Shown here: in pieces, positions 55,570 to 64,000 of the stretch | Position numbering within the stretch: the stretch's first letter is position 1 | Layout of the letters: every line of letters begins with the position of its first letter | Assembly (NCBI GenBank): GCA_964016885.1 | Contig: OZ024750.1 | Location: forward strand, 12,772,001-12,836,000 | Length of the DNA: 64,000 bases | From: Eledone cirrhosa | Lineage: Eukaryota | Direction: 5' to 3' | The notes under the pieces: generated by a model | What the model was told of the DNA's origin: nothing | Databases searched by the model: none | What the model saw: the letters and a program-made list of their open reading frames with translations, nothing else | Position numbers and translations under genes: made by a program

Positions 55570-57260
55570 CTGCAAGTAGAAGAAAAACAATAGAAATAAC
55601 AGAAAGATTAGAATCAGAAAAGAAAAGACAAAGCAATTACAACAAACAGAAAAACATTTACAAAGGAAATTAGTTTAACATGAAGAATTAGTTAGAGTAT
55701 CCTCAGGACATTTCATAAAAATACAGAACAAATAATTCAAATTTATTATTGAAATTTCAGTTGGAAATTATTGTATAAAACATAAGTGTTAATTCTGGAA
55801 AGTTGATAAAGAAATATCTCTTTGTCACATCATTTTCTTGTCAATAATATTGATTTCTAATTTAGGCACAAGGCCAACAATTTTAGAGAAAGGTCAAAGT
55901 TGATTAAATCAACTTCAGTATTTAACTGCTACTTTATATTGCCAACCCTGACACTCTATCAATACTGCCAATCCACTGCCCTGATCTGATAATCAACATC
56001 ATAATCATGCATTTCCCATGCTAGCAAGGGTTAGACGAGTTGTTTCATTATGAGACAAGCCAGGTCCAAAGACCATGTCTTGCTCATACAGAACTGATTT
56101 TTGCTTGGTTTCTACGGCTGGATGCCATTCCAAACACCAAACACATTTACAGTGTGCACATAATAATAATGATAATAATATTAATAATAATTTCCAGAAC
56201 ACACTGTAAAGTGGTTGTGGATAGGAAGGGCATCCAGCTGTACAAAAGGTTGGGAGGACCTTTCAGTTGTGTCAGAGACATGACAATCTCTCTAGTGCAC
56301 TTGGTAGAATGTGAGAACATATGTCAGTGAGATACAGACCCCAACCCTGACCTGTCTGGGAGTTCTGTAGCCCAGCTTCAGTACTGACTTGGTCTATGTA
56401 AACCCATCCAACCTCCACTACCATGGAAACTGAACGTTAAATGATGATGGTGTATTTTGTATGTAATATGAAGTGATGGTAATGCAGTGACTACAACCTC
56501 ACTATATTAGTGTTGTGAACAGAAACTGAGGAGCTCAGTTTTGATATTAACCAGAATCATAATATCATATTCACATACTGTAAATACACGCATAAAAATA
56601 GCTTGTTCTTTTTGTTTTTTTTTCATTTTTATATGATGAGGATTATTATCATCATCATCCCCATCATCACCCCATCAACATCATTATCCATCATCATCAC
56701 CACCACTATCATCCTCACCACATCATCACCATTTTATATCTATTTTCCATACCTTCGTCATCTGCAGCAGAAAAAAAGTATTTTTAGCTCCAAAAGAAAG
56801 AAATATTGCAAAACTAACCAAATATTTATCATATTTGAAAAACAAAATTCCTTTTCACCTAGTAGCCAGACGTACTTATTTTAGTTTCTCATGATCATAT
56901 TTTATATGTCATAGTCTAGCTAAGAATTGTATCTATTTCTGTGATTTCATTTAACTCTTCTATGCAGGTAACACAAACAGCTTCTGTTGACATGGCTTAT
57001 TAGAATTGAAGCTATTTCTGTGATTTCATTTAAATCTATACAGATAATATAAACAGCCTCTCTTGACATGTTGTATATGCTACTCACCAAATATCTAAAT
57101 AGTATAAGTTATCTTTCAACACCCTAGCAGTAAATATGTTAACACTAACTAAGCTATAAAAGTATTATACTTAAATCTCTTAGCTAATACATAACTTCCA
57201 TTGTATTGATATGTGAAAGATGTAAAACATGAATTAGAAATCCATTTGTAAATATATTTA

Positions 57261-57810
57261 AGATGTAGGACGGGTTGGAAGAAGTTTAGGGAGCTGCTTC
57301 CTTTGTTGACAAAGGAGGGTTTCTCCCTGCGTACGAAAGGACGGTTATATGATGCCTGTGTGAGATGCACAATGCTGCATAGTAGTGAGACATGGGTGGC
57401 AACTGCAGAGGATATGCGACGGTTGGAGAGAAATGAAGCAAGTATGCTCCGTTGGATGTGCAATGTCAATGTGCGTGAATGACCAAGCATGGATGAGTTG
57501 AGAAAGAAACTGGGTATAAGAGGGATAAGTTGTGGTGTGCAGGCGAGAAGGCTCAGATGGTATGGACATGTGATGCGCATGGAGGATGACTGCTGGGTAA
57601 AGAAGTGCCAAGAAATCCAAGTAGAAGGAAGACGCAGTAGAGGTAAACCACGTAAAACATGGGCAGAGGTGGTGAGAGCAGACCTCAGATTGCTGAAACT
57701 CACCGAGGAGATGACGAAGGAGCATGACAAGTGGAGAGATGCTATGCTGAATAGGACTCGTCCCACCCTTGCAACCAGGGAAAAGCGGACATAAAATGAT
57801 GATGATGATG
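57261..57810 (+). mobile_element. RTE-clade LINE 3' fragment (5'-truncated)
   Basis: WKKFRELLPLL...KGRLYDACVRCTMLHSSETW...RRLRWYGHVMRMEDDCWVKK...GRRSRGKPRKTW. One in-frame TGA at 57480 and a (GAT)n tail. Confidence 0.88.
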
Positions 57811-58631
57811 AAACCAAGCTAAAATCATTTCTGTATGAGCAAGACTTGGTCATCTGATCTGGCTTGTGTCACAAAGGGGCAACTCACCTAACCCATACTA
57901 GTGTGGAAAGTTGATAAATGGACGTTAACCCTTTCATGACAACATTTCTAATGAAATACACTCTATTTTAATTAATTAATGAAGTCACTCCTCCCCCACT
58001 CATCACCCTGTCAAATCATACTGCACTTGGTTATATATCCATAACTTCATATCTGTCTCTTTTCTTCTCCTCCTCCACACCAAACCCCAGAGAGCAGAGT
58101 GGGCTCTTCAGTTGGGACAATGAACAATAGTCTCTTTAGTGTTGGTGTCATGAAAAAACACCTGATACACCCTGTAATGTTGTTGATGAAAGGAAGGCCC
58201 CCTCCCTCCCGTTGCAGAAACCATGCCTAAAAGGGTTGGGTTGAGAGAATCCTTCAGTTGTTTCAAGGAGATTAAATTCTCCCTAGTGTTAGTGATTTAC
58301 ATGATAAATGAACCCAGTACATCCAGTGAAAGGGTTGTTGATAGGAAGGGGATCCAGGCATAGAAAGCTTGCCACACAAAAGGGTTGGGAGGACCCTCAG
58401 TTGTGTCAAAGACATAACAATTTCTCTTGTATTGGTACAATGATAAAATACACTGGGTAGGACATGGGACTGTTTGTAAACAAGATACAGATCTCCCATC
58501 TGGGAGGTGAGTAGCACCACTTCAGTATTAAATTGTACTGTTAAGATCTGTTCAAAATTTGCTAGCAGGTAAAGAAAACTTTAAATGATAATGATGGTGA
58601 TATATATATATAAATATATATATAGATAGAT

Positions 58632-58986
58632 ATACGATATTAACAAATGGAAACTATATTTATAAAACCATATTTATTTCATTATACATATTTCAAGGAC
58701 ACCAAGTTATATTATGGTGTGCTTTCATCAGATAAAATATAATATAGAGCAGTTTTATAAAAAACTGCTCTATTTATAAAACTGCTCTATATTATTTATA
58801 AAACTGCTCTATATTATATTTTATCTGATGAAAGCACACCATAATATAACTTGGTGTCCTTGAAATATGTATAATGAAATAAATATGGTTTTATAAATAT
58901 AGGTTCCATTTGTTAATATCGTATTTTTACTCCAAATATTTGTTGAGTGCTTTATATCAGTTATAAAAATATTTAAATAGAACTTT

Positions 58987-58990
<4 letters not shown>
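58632..58990 (+). mobile_element. Penelope-like pLTR remnant family P4 as a near-perfect palindrome plus tail
   Basis: Arms ~58632-58760 / 58796-58924, stuttered centre, tail with TGTTGAGTGC and (TA)n flanks. Confidence 0.75.
58825..58871 (+). ncRNA. Hammerhead-ribozyme-like motif (inverted copy at 58685-58731 on minus strand)
   Basis: CTGATGA-AAGCACACCA-taatataact-TGGTGTCCTT-GAAATATGTA. Confidence 0.55.
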
Positions 58991-59041
<51 letters not shown>

Positions 59042-59052
59042 TACTTTCACTA

Positions 59053-59350
59053 TTCATTTCATTTTACGTCCGCTTTTCCCTGCTTGCAAGGGTGGGGGGA
59101 CGGGAACTGATTCTGGCTTGATTTCTACAGCTGGATGCCCTTCCTAACACCAACCTCATTTACAGTGAGTGCTGGGTGCTTTTTTGCCGTGGCACCTCCA
59201 CGACCACTTTACAGTGATATGGACCCCAGTCCCTATCATCTCATTTCTACAGCTGAGTAAACTGGAGCAATGTGAAATAAAGTGTCTTGCTCAAGGAAAC
59301 AACACATCACCCGGTCAAGGCCAATGCTCTAACCACTAAGCCATGTGCCT

Positions 59351-59352
<2 letters not shown>
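59053..59352 (-). mobile_element. SINE family A with deletion of B-box region
   Basis: Match to the 171-510 copy except for a ~30-bp internal deletion. Confidence 0.85.
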
Positions 59353-59400
<48 letters not shown>

Positions 59401-59402
<2 letters not shown>

Positions 59403-59817
59403 AGAAAATACTTCGTTTTTGTATTTATTTTACAAGATTACGTTTCTGAAAATGTCTGTTGAAACATATATTGTTATACTTTGGGAGGGTCGTGCTGCCA
59501 ATAAAAACACACAAAAAGATGGTGTAGGACAGAACAAAGGAGAGACTCAAAATAAAAACTTAGTCACTGAGGAGTTTACAGAATGTGTGAGGAAAGAGCT
59601 TGAACAATATATAAACAACCATCTGGTTATCGAACCAACCAACCAGCCGAAAATTTATAATAAATTGAAGTTAAAACCAACAGGTGCGTGTGTTTTTATT
59701 GGCAGCATGGCCCTCCCAAAGTATAACAATATCTGTTTCAACAGACATTTTCAGAAACGAAATCTTGTAAAATAAATACAAAAACGAAGAATTTTCTATT
59801 AAAATTATTTAAACGAT
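59401..59817 (+). mobile_element. (TA)n-flanked element with 112-bp inverted arms (family P6, probable Penelope-like 3' fragment)
   Basis: Arms 59401-59512 / 59688-59799 (~5 mismatches), a 175-bp spacer that is open in one frame, and a short 3' tail. Confidence 0.55.
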
Positions 59818-61250
59818 ATATATATATATATATATATATGCCTGCCAGACAGTCCACGCTGTAATGTGGCCGTGTAGGCAACATGGTAAAAACCTGTAAA
59901 TGTAAATGTGGTTGATGTTAGGAAGGGCATCCAGCTGTAGAAAACCCGCCAGATAGTCCTATGCGAGCAAGACAATCACTCTTGCCTCAAGTGGGAAAAC
60001 CCTCGTCCAAACCCATGCAAGCGTGGAACACGGACGTTAAACGTTGATGATGATGATGATGATGATGATATATATCGTTTAAATAATATATATGTATGTA
60101 TATATATATATACACATACACACATACTTATAAATTTATTTATAGCCATATACAAGTCATTATACTATTCATATTCACTTATAACCATATGTAAATCACA
60201 ATTTATTATATTTTCTATTTATAATTTTATGGAGATTGTACATTTATTTTCTCAAGCTTGTCAGTGTTGTTAATAAGAGAGTTCTGTAATAACACTTCAG
60301 ATCAGCATGGTGTAAGTAAAATTAAGTGCTAGGCCCAAAGGTATAATATTAACTTCTCAATTGGCTTATGAACTAATAATTCAACAATAAAATGCTTGTC
60401 ACTGTCTACTTTGACACATTTCCTCACATACATACAATTCACTGTAAATTTTGCTGACGTGGGTTAGACGTGTCGTCATGGTTGCATCATTTTGCACACA
60501 TAGCAACGGAGATTACTAAGCTAACTTTGGTGTTGTATCTCATATATTTTGTTTGAACATTCAATTTTTTCTATGGTTCTATGGTTCGATGCCATTCACA
60601 TTACCAATCACTTTGTAGAACACAAGAGTGGTTCTTTCATTTGAGGAGAACTAAAATGTCCCCTTTATTCTATTTCAGTTTTCATTCAGACATGTAGCTT
60701 ATTCAGACATGTAGCTTATTCACACATGTCTGATTTGTAAGTTCTATTTTTGGCTTGGTTTCTATAGCCAGATACTCTTTCCATCACCAGTTACTTAACA
60801 GTGTGTAGTGAGTGTGTTTTATCATGTCACTAGCAGTAGAGAGCCTGATACTGCATGATTTCAGAGATTTGCTGCTATTTCTGACAGAAGGAGCAATTAC
60901 ATAGAGGCTTCTCTAGGTACCAGGATCAATCTAGTTCAGCCTCAGACTATTCTTCATAATCTGCACTGTCACTGAATCCAGATTCTCCTATGAATACAAG
61001 CTTCGTGTGATGGTTGGTGTTTATAAACTCCCTGCAGCTACCAAGAGGATATATTCCTCACCCACAAATAAGGGATTCCTACCATATATATATATATATG
61101 GATTGTACACTTACATTTGATATATATATATATATATATATAAAATTTGGAAGAAACAGGGAGCTGTGTGGTTACTTGATAAAGTGTATTGAAAAATAGT
61201 ATGTATATATATATATACATATACATATACATATATACATATAAAAACAT

Positions 61251-61600
61251 GGAGGCACATGGCTTAGTGGTTAGAGCATTGGCCTTGCAATCGAAAGGTT
61301 GTGAGTTCAATTCTCAGACTGGGTGATGTGTTGTTTCCTTGAACAAGACACTTTATTTCAAATTGCTCCAGTTTACTCAGCTGTAGAAATGAGATGATAG
61401 GGACTGGGGTCCCTATCATTCCACTGCAAAGTGGTCGTGGAGGTGCCACGGCAAAAAAGCACCCAGCACTCACTGTAAATGAGGTTTGTGTTAGGAAAGG
61501 CATCCAGCTGTAGAAATCAAGCCAGCATCAGTTCCCGTCTCACCCTTGCAAGCAGGGAAAAGCGGACGTAAAATGAAATGATGATGATGATGATGATGAA
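61251..61600 (+). mobile_element. SINE family A, full length
   Basis: Head to (GAT)n tail, with internal hairpin ATGATAGGGAC-tggg-GTCCCTATCAT. Confidence 0.88.
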
Positions 61601-62036
61601 ATGAAACACATGCCTACACATACACACACACAGCCACATGCACAAAAATGTATATATAATTCTTAATTTTGTGCCTCATGTCTTGCTCCATTTAGCTCTT
61701 GTCTTTGAAGTTTCATTTCAGTTATTTTTACCAACTCCCACTCTCAGAATTTCATTATTCTCAAAGACTCATATTATTTCTTCTCTTACTCATGCCACCA
61801 CTTTTACTCTCATTCTTTTCTTTCACCCCTCTCTCTACTCCTCTGTCTTCTCCCATGGGTACCTGTCTCCTAAGCTGCTGACTGCAGTATCTCTCTCTCT
61901 CTCTTTCTTTCTCATACGCACACACAATTTCTTCACCTTTCTCTGTCAATCTCACACCTGTCTGTTGATGTTCTTGTAACTTTCTACCAGCATGTATATA
62001 TACATTAAGGAAGTTTCTATATGTGTGTATATATAC

Positions 62037-62081
<45 letters not shown>

Positions 62082-62945
62082 TTGTAAATACACAGGCCGC
62101 AACCATCACTACCTCAATAATATATTTTTAGACAATGTGGGAGAATGCTTTCTGACATTCAGAATCCCAGGTACAAGCCATCTCATGGTTCTAGTGAACA
62201 GAATAGAGAGAGGTATTACTCTGGAGGTATTTATCTATTTATCTGTCAAATCTACATCTCTTTATAATTGTTACCCCTCTGTTCCACCTCTTCCAGAACA
62301 GCCACTGCTTTCCCCTTATAGCATAACAAAGAGAAGAAAAACAAAACAAAACAAAAATTACACACACATATGTACCCTAGTTGAAAGGAGTCTAACCCAG
62401 TTTTTAGAATAAGTTTAACCTTCAGGTATTTTTAGTCTCTAAACCATCTTTCTACTCACTATGATTGTGACAGAGTTAACCAGCCACAGGAATATGCTCT
62501 GCCATTTAGAATGGATCTTTAAGAGCATGTCCTTCACTATCCCCTGGCATAATTCTTTCTCTATTCTCAGCACTAAGACTGTGAGGTTGGCATACACCTT
62601 AAGTTCTGCATGACAAAGAGGAAGAGTGGACAACAATAGGGGTGGGTGGGTTGGAACAACTTTTCATCAACTGGTTGGTCACTACATAAAATAAAAGTAC
62701 CAGTCAAGTACTGGGGTCGATTCTTCCTCTATATCTCTTTCTCCCTTCCATTCTCCCCCTCTCTCTATCCTTCTCTGATAGAAATAATCTGTATTGAGAC
62801 CTGGAGAGGAGATGGACACCTCTACAACTCCTCCAGAAGTCACGGGACCACACATTCACTATCCACATATATTCCTTAAACTCCCCTGTCAATATATTAT
62901 GTTAATTTGTACGCCACTAACATAATTATTATCATCGTCATTATA

Positions 62946-63123
62946 CGGTGGATTGGAAGTATCGGACGCCATGCTTTGAAGCATAGAGTTACCCTCCTTT
63001 CTGGTCTGAGTTCAAATCCCGTTGAGGTAAACTTTGCCTTTCATCCTTACGGGGTCGATAAAATAAAGTACCAGTAATACCCTGGCATAATTGCTGGCCT
63101 TGTGCCTAAAGTAGAAACAATTA
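62946..63123 (+). mobile_element. SINE family B
   Basis: Match to the family B consensus. Confidence 0.8.
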
Positions 63124-63927
63124 TTATCATTGTCATCACTACCATTGATTCAACAAAGGTGAGAGTAACAGTTCTGATCCTTTATAAAGAATGGGTTTGT
63201 TTGCATCTTTGGAAATATTTGCTACACCTAATAAGATCATAACATTTCTTTACTCCAATGACAGAAGCAGAAGGTTCTTAACATTCCAAATTCATGACTC
63301 AAGTTTTAAGTCTATGGAAACAGCATTAAATTATTCATTAACATATCCCTTTACCCATTAAATATTAGGTGTGGGGGGGTAGTGGTGGTGGTGGTGGTGA
63401 TTGTATTGGTGGTGGTAGTTGTGTTAGCGATGGTGGTTGTGGTGGTTATGGTGTTGTGGTGGTTATGGTGCTGGTAGTGGTGGTGGTGGTGGTGGCTAAG
63501 GTAGTTTTGTCCCTCAATAACTTCTAAAGTCACTTCAATTTACATTTTTCCTTCAATGAAACTTATCCACTGGATTTCTACAACATGAATTAATAGAAAT
63601 CCCGTATGTTGTTCCAAACCATTAGCTTTCTCTGCTTACAATACAGTATCACTTTCCACTATTAGAATATAACATCACATTTCTTATATAAGTATCATAT
63701 AACATGTATAATGAGTAAATGCTAACAGAAATAGCTCTCTAAATATCTGCAGCCACTATAGATGTTCAACATTGTTTGAACATTGGAACCAGTAACTGTA
63801 TTATTAGGTAGATTTTATATATATTTATATATATATACACATATATATATATATGTATATATTTATATATATATACACATATATATATATATGTATATAT
63901 GTATATGTGTATATATATATATATTTA

Positions 63928-63980
<53 letters not shown>

Positions 63981-64000
63981 GTATATGTATATATATATAT

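Noticed and set aside
62440-62640. Possible degraded RTE-like fragment on minus strand
   Set aside because: Multiple stops and only faint similarity, too weak to call.

Overview
AT-rich, microsatellite-dense animal genomic DNA. It is most likely a coleoid cephalopod such as an octopus, inferred from the SINE types and repeat landscape. The window lies inside one large minus-strand gene for a titin/UNC-89(obscurin)-like muscle protein with I-set Ig domains. Five exons splice in frame through GT-AG junctions: 55569-55209, 13540-13368, a 5,827-bp giant low-complexity exon 9724-3898, 1671-1545 and 1062-903. One Ig domain is split inside its conserved Trp codon by a ~41.7-kb intron. The introns hold two tRNA-derived SINE families, one sharing its 3' tail with an RTE LINE fragment in the window. 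They also hold RTE, CR1/L2 and CRE LINE remnants and a TTAA MITE. The most striking feature is at least 10 short non-coding elements from several families embedded in (TA)n tracts. Between them they show fold-back inverted arms, hammerhead-ribozyme-like cores (CTGANGA...GAAA..GTH) and a shared TYGAGTRC motif 40-60 nt before the 3' junction. I interpret them as Penelope-like retroelement pLTR remnants or non-autonomous derivatives. One sits in one arm of a host inverted duplication whose other arm keeps the empty (TA)n site. Most ORFs in the supplied track are microsatellite, SINE or shadow artefacts. All calls are by eye, and no database search was run.
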